A stretch of DNA of 64,000 nucleotides. Source: a virus. The position numbers were made by a program, and so were the translations under genes. Location of the stretch: positions 32,001 through 96,000 of IMG/VR virus record IMGVR_UViG_3300005758_000578. One strand, given 5' to 3'. Of this stretch, positions 50,017 to 58,988 are shown one piece after another (the stretch's first letter is position 1; the number at the start of each line of letters is the position of its first letter). The notes beneath the pieces are model-generated. The model had not been told where the DNA came from, ran no database searches, and saw only the letters and a list, made by a program, of their open reading frames with translations.

Positions 50017-50047
50017 AATTTATATATTTATTGGTTTTTAATATTAA

Positions 50048-50383
50048 TTATTCAGGAGCTACCCAGGGCAATGGTGTATTTTGAGGAACTACTGGAGGAT
50101 TCTTTTTAGCATTAATAGCACCTTCAATACATTTCTCAATAGAAATGATACCGTTCTCTCCTAATTCCTGTTTAATCCAACTTACTACAATATCATTTGT
50201 AAGATCTGCATAAGGAATAAAAGGAGTGGTTTTTTCAGTAGAAAACCGTGACATATTACTTAGAGAATATTCATATTCACCATCAGTACCTGTTACTTTG
50301 TAGTTAGCAACTACAACATAATCTTGCTCATCACCTACAGGTTTAGTATAAAGTGATGTAATTGTCCAATTATAAGTTATCAT
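50048..50383 (-). CDS. Fibre-associated small protein
   Basis: ITYNWTI...FIPYADLT...VVSWIK...PLPW pattern common after phage fibre genes; start MITYNW at 50383 avoids overlap. Confidence 0.7.
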   Translation of the reverse strand: MITYNWTITSLYTKPVGDEQDYVVVANYKVTGTDGEYEYSLSNMSRFSTEKTTPFIPYADLTNDIVVSWIKQELGENGIISIEKCIEGAINAKKNPPVVPQNTPLPWVAPE

Positions 50384-50405
50384 ATTATTATATTTAATTT
50401 CAAAT

Positions 50406-52244
50406 TTATGCCAATAATATCTTCTGGGCAACCCCGTTGATAGTGACGTTCCATACTTGTGTAGATGTATTGACTTCAGTTGCTACAGACCCAGCAGGAT
50501 ATGTTAAACTTCCAACAACCATTTCATTTGTAGTAGTTGCAGTTGCTCCATGACCAATTACGATAGAACCTCCATTATTACCATTACTTGCAGAATTCCC
50601 GATAACAATACAATCATCACCTATTATATCAATACTCATCGCTTGATGACCTATTGCTATAGTGTTATTTATCAAACTAATATTATTATCGTATAAAGCA
50701 CGAAATCCCAATGCTGTATTATTTAATGACGTACCACTTTGATACATAGATTCACTACCAACAGCGGTGTTTTGCGTTCCTGATGATATATTGAACATAC
50801 AATTGTATCCAATAGCAGTGTTGTCATCAGCATCTGAAAAAGTTAAAGCGTATTGACCCACAGCCGTATTGTAGTTTCCTATCACGTTGCCTGATAAACT
50901 CGCATGACCCAACGCAGTATTTCCACCACCTGCTATATTAGAATACATAGAATAACTACCAACAGCAACTTGTTGATTTTGCGTATTATAGTACATAGAT
51001 TGGATACCAATAGCAACATTTTCTGTTGTATCTATTTGTTGATTTAGGGCTTCAAAACCTATAGCCACGTTATTGGTTGAAATTTGGCTATTTAACATAG
51101 CGTCCTTACCGATACTTACATTGTTCTGTCCGCTTGTATTGAAAGTCATTGAATTTTTCCCAATAGCCACATTAGAAGCACCTGTAGAGTTAGATGTTAA
51201 GGCAGATGCTCCTATAGCAACGTTTGAAATACCCGATAGATTATTGTTTAACGAATCTGTACCCACAGCCACGTTTGAACTCCCTGTTGTATTAGCACTT
51301 AAAGCCCTATATCCAACAGCCGTGTTACTTTGCCCAGTAGTATTAGTTGATAAGGCTAACGAGCCAACAGCCGTATTAAAACTCACTGTATTAAATCGCA
51401 ATGCTTGATGTCCTACAGCCACGTTTGAGCCTCCAGTAGTATTAGCCGATAAAGCACCTGTACCTATTGCTACGTTGAGACTGCCAGTAGTATTTAATTG
51501 TAGTGATTGATATCCAAGTGAAATATTGTTTGAACCAGATGTGGTAGATTGTAAAGCATATGTTCCGAGAGCCGTATTAAAATTACCTGTTGTAACTGCA
51601 CTTAATGCTAAACGACCAATGGAAACAGCCCCTGCTCCTCCTTTTGCTCCTGAACCTATAATAATAGATTCTGAACCTCCAATTGCATTTGCCCCGATAA
51701 TGACCGCATCAACCACAGTTGCTGAGCCAACATTTGCAAGATATCCAATAGCAGTATTATTAGTACCCGTAGTTGTGGTTAGTAGAGACTGATATCCAAT
51801 CCCAGTATTCCCACTAGCAGTTGTGTTGTTTCGTAATGCTTGATATCCAATAGCAGTTGTACCAGTTCCAGTTGTATTGCTCAATCCTGCTTGATGCCCA
51901 ACTCCAGTATTATTAGATGCAGTATTAAATCCTAAAGCAGAATAACCTATTGCAGTTATGCCCACTCCTACAGTATTTGCATATCCTGCTTCATATCCAA
52001 TGGTAGTGTTCCAAGTTCCAGTTGTATTACTAGCAAGAGCTGATTTACCAAATGCTGTATTAGTTATAACATTACCACCACCATAGTTTGTAACACTATT
52101 AGTAGAAAGTCTTAATGGACTAACTGTATTATTTTGATCCACTACATTTCTTAATGTAGCATCTAATGGTAAACCATTTTGAATTTGTAATATACCAGTA
52201 TTTAATGCTGATCCTAGTGAAAAAAACTTAGCGTATTTTGCCAT
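50406..52244 (-). CDS. Fibre protein with YadA-head-like NTAxGxxAL repeats
   Basis: 612 aa; roughly 30 repeats of N(T/V)A(I/V)GxxALxxNTTG. Confidence 0.82.
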   Translation of the reverse strand: MAKYAKFFSLGSALNTGILQIQNGLPLDATLRNVVDQNNTVSPLRLSTNSVTNYGGGNVITNTAFGKSALASNTTGTWNTTIGYEAGYANTVGVGITAIGYSALGFNTASNNTGVGHQAGLSNTTGTGTTAIGYQALRNNTTASGNTGIGYQSLLTTTTGTNNTAIGYLANVGSATVVDAVIIGANAIGGSESIIIGSGAKGGAGAVSIGRLALSAVTTGNFNTALGTYALQSTTSGSNNISLGYQSLQLNTTGSLNVAIGTGALSANTTGGSNVAVGHQALRFNTVSFNTAVGSLALSTNTTGQSNTAVGYRALSANTTGSSNVAVGTDSLNNNLSGISNVAIGASALTSNSTGASNVAIGKNSMTFNTSGQNNVSIGKDAMLNSQISTNNVAIGFEALNQQIDTTENVAIGIQSMYYNTQNQQVAVGSYSMYSNIAGGGNTALGHASLSGNVIGNYNTAVGQYALTFSDADDNTAIGYNCMFNISSGTQNTAVGSESMYQSGTSLNNTALGFRALYDNNISLINNTIAIGHQAMSIDIIGDDCIVIGNSASNGNNGGSIVIGHGATATTTNEMVVGSLTYPAGSVATEVNTSTQVWNVTINGVAQKILLA

Positions 52245-52264
52245 GATTAATTATTTTTTATTTT

Positions 52265-52774
52265 TTATCCTACTCTATCTACTGTTAAAATAACAGATGG
52301 TATTCCTGGTAATCCTAATGGTGCAGCATCATAATTTAACTGAATATGTGAGTCTGTTGCATACCATGCAATTTCTAAATAGTCTCCAGCGTTCATTGAT
52401 TCCATAAAGTTCCAAGCAGGAACTAATAAATCATTATTATTAGCTAATGTAAGCGCTGTATTGCTATCCGGAATATCTGCACCATTCTTTTTAAACCAAA
52501 TATATAATGTCTGTGATGATCCACCAGAAGTTTTTAAAACTTGAGCAGAGAACTGAAAATTATATACTCCAGGATTTGCTACAGTAATTCTAGAAGCTTT
52601 ACCTCCAAAAGTTACTATAGATACACCACTTGATAAAGCAGTGTTATTAAATGTCATTACTTCAGCAGCACTTCCAAGAGTAGTCTGAGTAACGGTAGAA
52701 TAAAAACTACCGTAGTAGTTTGTTACACCACCACCAGAACTTGTTCCAAATTGGAAATACTTTGAATAACGCAT
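52265..52774 (-). CDS. C1q/TNF-like (BclA-CTD-like) trimeric domain protein
   Basis: YGSFYST...GVYNFQFSAQ...WFKKNG...GDYLEIAW...PSVILTV. Confidence 0.65.
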   Translation of the reverse strand: MRYSKYFQFGTSSGGGVTNYYGSFYSTVTQTTLGSAAEVMTFNNTALSSGVSIVTFGGKASRITVANPGVYNFQFSAQVLKTSGGSSQTLYIWFKKNGADIPDSNTALTLANNNDLLVPAWNFMESMNAGDYLEIAWYATDSHIQLNYDAAPLGLPGIPSVILTVDRVG

Positions 52775-53076
52775 TACTTACTTACAATATATGATAAAGT
52801 TCCTACACCAGATACAGAAATTGTTGCGGGATCTACTGTATCAATAGTAATACCAGCTCTATCTGGAAGCATTATAGAACTACCACCATCAATAGATAAG
52901 TCAATACTTCCACCAGTTGTATTGATAATAGTTACATAAACAGCTGACTCAGAAGCTAAAGGAGTTAATACACCACCTAAAACTACTGTCCGGGAAATAT
53001 CATTACCACGTCTTACTGCATTGTATAATCTCTCAATGAGTGATCGGGTCCAAACTTCAAAACTTTTAGTTAACAT
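52774..53076 (-). CDS. Hypothetical virion protein
   Basis: 100 aa, beta-rich C-terminal half; TAATG coupling to the next gene. Confidence 0.65.
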   Translation of the reverse strand: MLTKSFEVWTRSLIERLYNAVRRGNDISRTVVLGGVLTPLASESAVYVTIINTTGGSIDLSIDGGSSIMLPDRAGITIDTVDPATISVSGVGTLSYIVSK

Positions 53077-53096
53077 CGTTTTATTATTTTAAATTA

Positions 53097-53543
53097 TTAT
53101 GGGGTACAAGGTGATCCTGTAAGTACAGTTAATCCACCTGGGTTACTATATGGTCCACCAAAACCATTGCTTAAACAAAAAGGACCTGCTGTATCACCAT
53201 TAGCTACAGTAATAGTAACAGTGTTAGTTGGATCACTGCACAATACATAAGATAATGACTGTGAACTACCTGTTGCATTGTTAAAAGTATATTCTTGGCA
53301 ATCATTTAAATCTGATTGTACTTCATTACCAGCAGCATAAATACCATCACCACAGTAAGATTGTACTTCTACATCATATGTAACACCACTAGTTAAACTA
53401 CCAATAGTAAATTCTTCAGGAGATAAACCTGTACTAGGTACTATTAATTCTGTAAAACTAATGTCAGTACTCTTCTTATACCGGATTTTATATTGAACCG
53501 GTACAGGAAATGGGGGTGTGAAGGTTATAAATAAAGTGCTCAT
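53097..53543 (-). CDS. Fibronectin type III-like virion protein
   Basis: YKIRYKKS...IGSLTSGVTYDVEVQSYC. Confidence 0.7.
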   Translation of the reverse strand: MSTLFITFTPPFPVPVQYKIRYKKSTDISFTELIVPSTGLSPEEFTIGSLTSGVTYDVEVQSYCGDGIYAAGNEVQSDLNDCQEYTFNNATGSSQSLSYVLCSDPTNTVTITVANGDTAGPFCLSNGFGGPYSNPGGLTVLTGSPCTP

Positions 53544-54073
53544 GCAGTTAATGTTTTAAAACTTAATGTGATAGAAACGCAACAATCAGTAGATACAGAA
53601 GTACTTGTTTTAATTCTTACATAGTAAGTAGTATTTGCTACTAAGTTAATTGCAGTCCATTGAGTATATGTATTATTCAAAGGTACTTGAGTTACACCAA
53701 CAGCAAATGTAGGATCAGTGCTATACTCCAATTTTACTGCAGTAATTGCTGCAGGTGCTGGAGGATATGACCAAAACAAAGTTGCTTCAGTTGACTTAAT
53801 ATCTAAGATTTCAAAGTCTTTAATACTTTGACAAACAGCTGTAGGATCATAACAAGTAGGATCTGTAAGATACAAAGCCAACTTCTTAATCACTACATCT
53901 AATCTATCTCCATTATTAATCCCAATATCATAGATATTATTTCCGGTATATAGTACGCACTCAAATGCGGTAATCTCCTCACAAGGCTCAGCATTAGTAC
54001 ATACTGTAGTTACTGGAGAAGTCAAAGCGGTTTCAGTGCATCCGCATGGTGTTGATATACAATTGCAGCTCAT
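53540..54073 (-). CDS. Cys-rich virion protein with C-terminal FN3 domain
   Basis: MSCNCISTPCGC...CVLYTG; ATLFW...NLVANTTYYVRIKT. Confidence 0.7.
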   Translation of the reverse strand: MSCNCISTPCGCTETALTSPVTTVCTNAEPCEEITAFECVLYTGNNIYDIGINNGDRLDVVIKKLALYLTDPTCYDPTAVCQSIKDFEILDIKSTEATLFWSYPPAPAAITAVKLEYSTDPTFAVGVTQVPLNNTYTQWTAINLVANTTYYVRIKTSTSVSTDCCVSITLSFKTLTA

Positions 54074-54075
54074 GA

Positions 54076-55596
54076 TTAGTTAATTAAATATGCTTCTACG
54101 CCAGTTGGAGATGTACATCCAGTACTTGTAATTGCAATCAATTCTTTAGGACAAGTACGTACAACAGTTGGAATACCATCTACTGGTGTATTAATAATTT
54201 GTACTTCAAAGTAGTAGTTACCCAAAGTCAATCCAGTTACAGCTCCAGTTACAGGATTAGGTAATAATGTAGCAGCATTAGTATCAGAAGTAGATACTAA
54301 AGCTAATGTAGCATCATATACGTTTAATCTGTAAGAAGTAGTAGGACTAGTAGAGAACAGGTTATTAAATGAGTACTGAATCTCTCCAACACCAAACAAG
54401 TAACTAGAAGTAAGAGTTAATGTAGGACATCCAACTGTATTAACTACAGGGAATGTAATAGTATTCTGACAAGTCAAATCACTAGTACCATTAAAGAAAC
54501 AGTAGTTAACTGATACAGTAAAGTCCTCAGCTAAGTTTAATGAAGAACCAGAAAGATCAAAATCAGCAGATGATGCACCATCTAAGATACCTACAATGTT
54601 ATTAAAGGTATATGTAGCACTATTAGCGCTGCTATCTGTAATGGTAATGGTAGAACTTGGAGTAGGACATTGTACAAACTGACTAGGTACAACACTTCCA
54701 GGACTAGCAAAAATGCTTAAAGTACTTCCGCTAAGTTGACCAAAGAATCCTAAGTCAATATCAGCACAAGTCTTATTGCAGCAATCTTGTAACTGGGTTA
54801 CTAAACCACGCATATCACAGAGAGCAATCCATAAGTTATTGATGGTATCAGCTAATGTATTTACAGATACTTTCCAATCAGGATATGCTGAAGCCATTGT
54901 ACCAGGTAATGATAAAGCTGGCTCATTAGTAATATTACAGAAAGGAACAATCTCAGCAGCTAATTCTGCAGGTGTTCCGGTAACAGCTTCTAAATCACAT
55001 ACTGCTTGTTCTACTGTTGCAAGAATAGTAGCCAGACTAGCAGTACCAGTTCCTAAACACACATACGTAGAATTTAATGGAGCATACGTGCTAGGTAAAG
55101 TAAGTAAGGTATTATTGATAGTAGTAATACTTGAACCATATCCACTAACCACACTAGATAAGTTAGTTACTGTAGTTTCAAGATCACAAAACTGATTACC
55201 AATTAATTCAGCATATGCTACTACACCTAATGTAGTACTTCCGGCTTCTGCTTGTAAGCAAGGAGCTACATCACATGTTAAATTAATAGGACTAGGAATA
55301 ACAATACCATCTACAATAGTGTAAAGATCACACAGCTTATTTACAACGTACTGAATTAAATCATTATAGTTTGTGTATACAAAATCTCCACCACCTAAAC
55401 ATGCAACATTTACAGAAACTTCTGCAGCTCTGGTATTAATATCACAGAGCAACTCTCCAAGTTTAGCTACTACATCAGTAACAGTATCTCCTTTGCATAA
55501 CCCAATACATGGAATATCAGGTCCTTGCCAAGAAACACAGTTGGAAGATATTACACTACATGGTGTGCTTTTATTATTTGATCCTACGGGTAACAT
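54076..55596 (-). CDS. Cys-rich fibre-like virion protein
   Basis: SSNCVSWQGPDIPCIGLCKGD, short coiled coils ending LCD, Ig-like C-terminus. Confidence 0.7.
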   Translation of the reverse strand: MLPVGSNNKSTPCSVISSNCVSWQGPDIPCIGLCKGDTVTDVVAKLGELLCDINTRAAEVSVNVACLGGGDFVYTNYNDLIQYVVNKLCDLYTIVDGIVIPSPINLTCDVAPCLQAEAGSTTLGVVAYAELIGNQFCDLETTVTNLSSVVSGYGSSITTINNTLLTLPSTYAPLNSTYVCLGTGTASLATILATVEQAVCDLEAVTGTPAELAAEIVPFCNITNEPALSLPGTMASAYPDWKVSVNTLADTINNLWIALCDMRGLVTQLQDCCNKTCADIDLGFFGQLSGSTLSIFASPGSVVPSQFVQCPTPSSTITITDSSANSATYTFNNIVGILDGASSADFDLSGSSLNLAEDFTVSVNYCFFNGTSDLTCQNTITFPVVNTVGCPTLTLTSSYLFGVGEIQYSFNNLFSTSPTTSYRLNVYDATLALVSTSDTNAATLLPNPVTGAVTGLTLGNYYFEVQIINTPVDGIPTVVRTCPKELIAITSTGCTSPTGVEAYLIN

Positions 55597-55609
55597 GGTT
55601 ATATAAAGA

Positions 55610-55645
55610 TATAGTGCACACCGGTATAGTGTACACTATAATATA
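55610..55645 (-). promoter_or_regulatory. Late promoter motif overlapped by a palindrome/hairpin
   Basis: TATATTAT-AG-TGTA; perfect 16-bp palindrome TATAGTGTACACTATA (55625-55640); near-copy half site at 55610-55621. Confidence 0.6.
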
Positions 55646-55687
55646 AGAAAACTTTCTAATAAAATCAAAAGTATTAACTTACATAAC

Positions 55688-55722
55688 AAAAATACCCCGT
55701 TAATTACTTTATAACGGGGTAT
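55688..55722 (-). terminator. Rho-independent terminator
   Basis: ATACCCCGTTA...TAACGGGGTAT-TTTTGT. Confidence 0.85.
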
Positions 55723-55741
55723 AATCAATATTATGTACTAA

Positions 55742-56068
55742 TTAGTTAGCGGGATCTACAAATTCAGTAGTAACAATTGTAACGGTATCAGGACCAGTTA
55801 CTACTTGAATTTGCTCAATTGCTTTATTGTGAATCAAAGTGATCAAACCATCTCCCCAAAATTCTTCTACAGTCAGGTCAGTATTAATACGTCCTGGTAA
55901 AGAAGAGAAATTCAAGGGTTGCTTACCAGCTTTCCAATCTGCTTCAGATTTGTAATAAGCTACAGAAGCCCAATCACCATTAAGCAAATAGATATTCAAA
56001 TATCCAAATGCATCAGTTACTTCAAAACCTTCATCGGTTACAAGTGTTGTGTTTATAGAAAGTGCCAT
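55742..56068 (-). CDS. Hypothetical protein (monocistronic unit)
   Basis: 108 aa, bounded by a late promoter motif and a terminator. Confidence 0.75.
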   Translation of the reverse strand: MALSINTTLVTDEGFEVTDAFGYLNIYLLNGDWASVAYYKSEADWKAGKQPLNFSSLPGRINTDLTVEEFWGDGLITLIHNKAIEQIQVVTGPDTVTIVTTEFVDPAN

Positions 56069-56091
56069 ATTAAATTTTTTTATTTTTTGTT

Positions 56092-56105
56092 TACAGTATA
56101 ATATA
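56092..56105 (-). promoter_or_regulatory. Putative late promoter
   Basis: TATATTAT-AC-TGTA. Confidence 0.6.
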
Positions 56106-56129
56106 CAAATTTATAATGAGTTAACCAAT

Positions 56130-56333
56130 TTAACTTTGGTTAAGCACCAAATCCGTATCTAGTTTAGCATTCATATCACATAACTCTTTGTTATAGATAT
56201 CTAATTCCCAGTTTTCATCACAGCATGTTGCAATGCCGTATTTCATTCTCTTGAACACTGTGTATACAGCTTCAGCAAACTTTACGTTTGTTGATTCGGA
56301 TCCACAGTTGTAACAGTTGCTGCATGCTTCCAT
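56130..56333 (-). CDS. Small Cys-containing hypothetical protein
   Basis: FAEAVY...KYGIATCC; overlaps the upstream ORF by 52 nt, start uncertain. Confidence 0.6.
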   Translation of the reverse strand: MEACSNCYNCGSESTNVKFAEAVYTVFKRMKYGIATCCDENWELDIYNKELCDMNAKLDTDLVLNQS

Positions 56334-56476
56334 TCTATTCTATTTTTAAGTTGTTCTTCATAACTGGTTATGCAGCTATTGCATACCCTTGTTCCATCAC
56401 TAGCAGATTTAATCTGACATCCGCAAGATAATTGTGTGTTACATCTTGGACATTTCATATTACCTTTTACTCCCAT
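56282..56476 (-). CDS. Small Cys-rich protein
   Basis: KCPRC...SCGCQ...VCNSC; start 56476 or 56458. Confidence 0.65.
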   Translation of the reverse strand: MGVKGNMKCPRCNTQLSCGCQIKSASDGTRVCNSCITSYEEQLKNRIEWKHAATVTTVDPNQQT

Positions 56477-56482
56477 TTTGGT

Positions 56483-57031
56483 TTAATTACAATATGTGCA
56501 GGAAAGTTTATCAAGTTGTGTAAGAGCATAATTATAGATTGCCATACCTTGATCAGCATTGTGGCAAAATTCTACTTTAGCTTTTGCACCATCCAGCATA
56601 GTACGTAATAACCTCAACTTTGTAAGCTTCTCTTTCTCTGGGGCTAAAGGCTCACAACCAGATAGATTAACATTACAGAAGATGTTATAGTACTTATTCA
56701 TTGCTGCTGTAATACGAAGATAATTATATTCTACAAATACTTTATCATTTGGTGCTACACTATAACGAATTACATAAATACCATCAGGTAATGCTACAGG
56801 AACAGTATCACAGTTAGTGCTTTGAATACCTAACATGCATGCGGTAACTAAAGTTTCCCCTCCTTCTACCATTGTTACAGTAACAGGATCTGTATATCCG
56901 GGAACTAAGATTTGTAATGTAGGACATGCTACAGCCAAATCAGCACTATAAATACTAGTATCCACAACCCTCAATACATTTAAATTGAGAGTATCTGGAA
57001 TATCTAAACTAAGGATGTGTTTGTTTGCCAT
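56483..57031 (-). CDS. Structural protein of the capsid-tail cluster
   Basis: LPDGIYVIRYSVAPN, AKAKVEFC; follows the 452-aa structural gene. Confidence 0.65.
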   Translation of the reverse strand: MANKHILSLDIPDTLNLNVLRVVDTSIYSADLAVACPTLQILVPGYTDPVTVTMVEGGETLVTACMLGIQSTNCDTVPVALPDGIYVIRYSVAPNDKVFVEYNYLRITAAMNKYYNIFCNVNLSGCEPLAPEKEKLTKLRLLRTMLDGAKAKVEFCHNADQGMAIYNYALTQLDKLSCTYCN

Positions 57032-57053
57032 AATTGTAAAGTAGCATTAACTA

Positions 57054-57068
57054 CTCATATATAATTTA
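57054..57068 (-). promoter_or_regulatory. Putative late promoter variant
   Basis: TAAATTAT-ATA-TGAG just after a terminator. Confidence 0.45.
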
Positions 57069-57084
57069 ATCATAATTTGCAAAT

Positions 57085-57120
57085 AAAAAAAGGGGAAGAT
57101 TTCTCCTCCCCTTCTTTTTT
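57085..57120. terminator. Rho-independent terminator, possibly bidirectional
   Basis: AAAAAAAGGGGAAGA-tt-TCTCCTCCCCTTCTTTTTT with A/T tracts on both sides. Confidence 0.8.
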
Positions 57121-57135
57121 ATGATACGCTCTGAA

Positions 57136-58494
57136 TTATTTCAATTCAGTTAAGGTAACAGGGTTACCAGCTGCAGTTAAGATAGCAGCAATATCACTAG
57201 CAAAATCAGAGGCTGCAGCACTTGCAAAAGTCAAGTTAGCAGCAGCTACACCAGCTACAGACAAGGTAGAAGTGGTAGCAACCAATTCCAACAAGTACTG
57301 ATCATTATCAAAAGTACCAGTAGGGTTGTTGAAACGAGGTACACTGTGCTGTACATAGAAGCGACCATAAGTACCAGTACGGCTAATTACACTCAAAGGA
57401 GCATTACCCAAAGTGATTTCACGGATACGTGGATCATCATTCCAGTTGTTTTGACGGTAGCGCTCAGACAAGATCAAGTCACGTACTACAGTTTCTCCAA
57501 AGCCTTCACCTTGAATACCCAATACAGGACCTAAACCAGCAGTAGCAGGATCATTGTCAGCACCAGTACCACGCTTAACGCACAATCCAGTAAATACGCA
57601 AGGATCACCAGTTTCATCTACTTCAGAAGCATAAATCTGAATAGGCTCTTTTTCAAAGTAATCAGTAGGCTCAAAAGAACAATCTCCAAAACGGGTATCA
57701 ACATAAGCACCAGCCAAAATCAAACCAGCACATACATCAGCAGCAGCAACACCAACAGGAGTTACATAAGTATCCCAGTCAGAAGTAGCAATAACAGAAC
57801 CATTGATAGTTACGTTACCACCATCTTTACTCCAGTAAGTCCAAGTAACAGTACTAGGATCATAAGTTTGTACTACAGGTAATACAAAAGGAGAGAGGAT
57901 AGGGTTAGCATCATTGTAAGGAGTGGTTTGAGTACCAGCAATTTGCTTAGCCCAACCAATCATTACAAATGCAGGATCTACTTCATTAGGAGTAGTAGTA
58001 GAGCAGCAGCCAGTGTAGTAAGACAATACTTGGTAAGCATTGTGATTCAAGAAACGCAAAGCTGGGCTACCTTTAATATCAATACGCAAATAGTAGGTCT
58101 CACCACACAAGAAGTTAGGGCAAGCACAGCTATAAGGAGCAGCTTTAGTAGTAGCAGTCTGACCTACGTAAGTAACTGCTTGGCTAGCAGTTTTAGGAGC
58201 AGAATAGAAGAATCCGCTAACATACTTAGGGTTGATAGCCTTTGACTTCATACTTTCAGAGAAACCACCAATGAAGGGGCTAATCTTGTCAGTACCAGGA
58301 GTTAAGCTAGAACTAGCAATAATGAAAGGGCTAGAAGTTCCAGCACCTGCCAAGTTAGCAAAGCTTTTAGCATCATACAAACCAAATTTACCTAAGTTAG
58401 CTGATCCAACTAACTGGCTGTTGGTAGTTCCAGCAGCGGTCTGATAAATACCGATTGTTGGAAATACCTTTTTGAAGGCGTGATTAAAATACAT
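57136..58494 (-). CDS. Abundant structural protein, probable auxiliary capsid protein
   Basis: 452 aa; own promoter and terminator; codon choice (TTC, AAC, CGT, TTG) looks highly expressed; HSVPRFNNPTGTFDNDQY; position in capsid cluster. Confidence 0.6.
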   Translation of the reverse strand: MYFNHAFKKVFPTIGIYQTAAGTTNSQLVGSANLGKFGLYDAKSFANLAGAGTSSPFIIASSSLTPGTDKISPFIGGFSESMKSKAINPKYVSGFFYSAPKTASQAVTYVGQTATTKAAPYSCACPNFLCGETYYLRIDIKGSPALRFLNHNAYQVLSYYTGCCSTTTPNEVDPAFVMIGWAKQIAGTQTTPYNDANPILSPFVLPVVQTYDPSTVTWTYWSKDGGNVTINGSVIATSDWDTYVTPVGVAAADVCAGLILAGAYVDTRFGDCSFEPTDYFEKEPIQIYASEVDETGDPCVFTGLCVKRGTGADNDPATAGLGPVLGIQGEGFGETVVRDLILSERYRQNNWNDDPRIREITLGNAPLSVISRTGTYGRFYVQHSVPRFNNPTGTFDNDQYLLELVATTSTLSVAGVAAANLTFASAAASDFASDIAAILTAAGNPVTLTELK

Positions 58495-58525
58495 AATTTT
58501 TATTTTTTATTGTTATACAAATAGA

Positions 58526-58540
58526 TACACTAATATTATA
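58526..58540 (-). promoter_or_regulatory. Putative late promoter
   Basis: TATAATAT-TAG-TGTA. Confidence 0.5.
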
Positions 58541-58554
58541 GTGAATTTTTTTTA

Positions 58555-58983
58555 TTATTGCAAGAAAATTAATTTATACTTAGCAGAATTGATATCTGAC
58601 TTAATAGTATCTAAGTCATTAACAATTTCTGAGTAAGGCATAATCTTCTGTAAACTATTTACTTTATTATACAATGAACGTAAATAAACTACAGCTTCAT
58701 CTGCGGTCTTAATAGCTGGCAAACTTACTTCAGGGTAGTTAAGTAGTTTTTCTGCAGCACCCTGATATGCTTCTGCAATAGTGTCAGCATGACCAGGTAA
58801 TGCATCATAAATTTCATTAAGAGCTTTGTGAGCTGCGTAAGAACCAACACCAGTAACTAACAAGTGTGCAATATGTAACTTAGTTCCAGCATGCATCATC
58901 TCAACAACTAAATCAGCTGTTGCTTTATCTACATTGTTATTGCTAGAACCAGGAAATCCGGGACGTTGTAATTTTTGTATCAT
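58555..58983 (-). CDS. Ferritin/Dps-like four-helix-bundle protein
   Basis: LHIAHL...SYAAHKALNEIYD...ADTIAEAYQG...NDLDTI...KYKL. Confidence 0.8.
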   Translation of the reverse strand: MIQKLQRPGFPGSSNNNVDKATADLVVEMMHAGTKLHIAHLLVTGVGSYAAHKALNEIYDALPGHADTIAEAYQGAAEKLLNYPEVSLPAIKTADEAVVYLRSLYNKVNSLQKIMPYSEIVNDLDTIKSDINSAKYKLIFLQ

Positions 58984-58988
58984 TTTAA

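Noticed and set aside
40-58444. All plus-strand ORFs in the track (for example 40-249, 17079-17441, 54776-55195)
   Set aside because: They are antisense shadows of long minus-strand genes, with no motifs or independent signals.
57136-58494. Major capsid protein call
   Set aside because: No recognisable crAss-like major capsid motifs; synteny suggests that gene lies beyond the right edge of the window.
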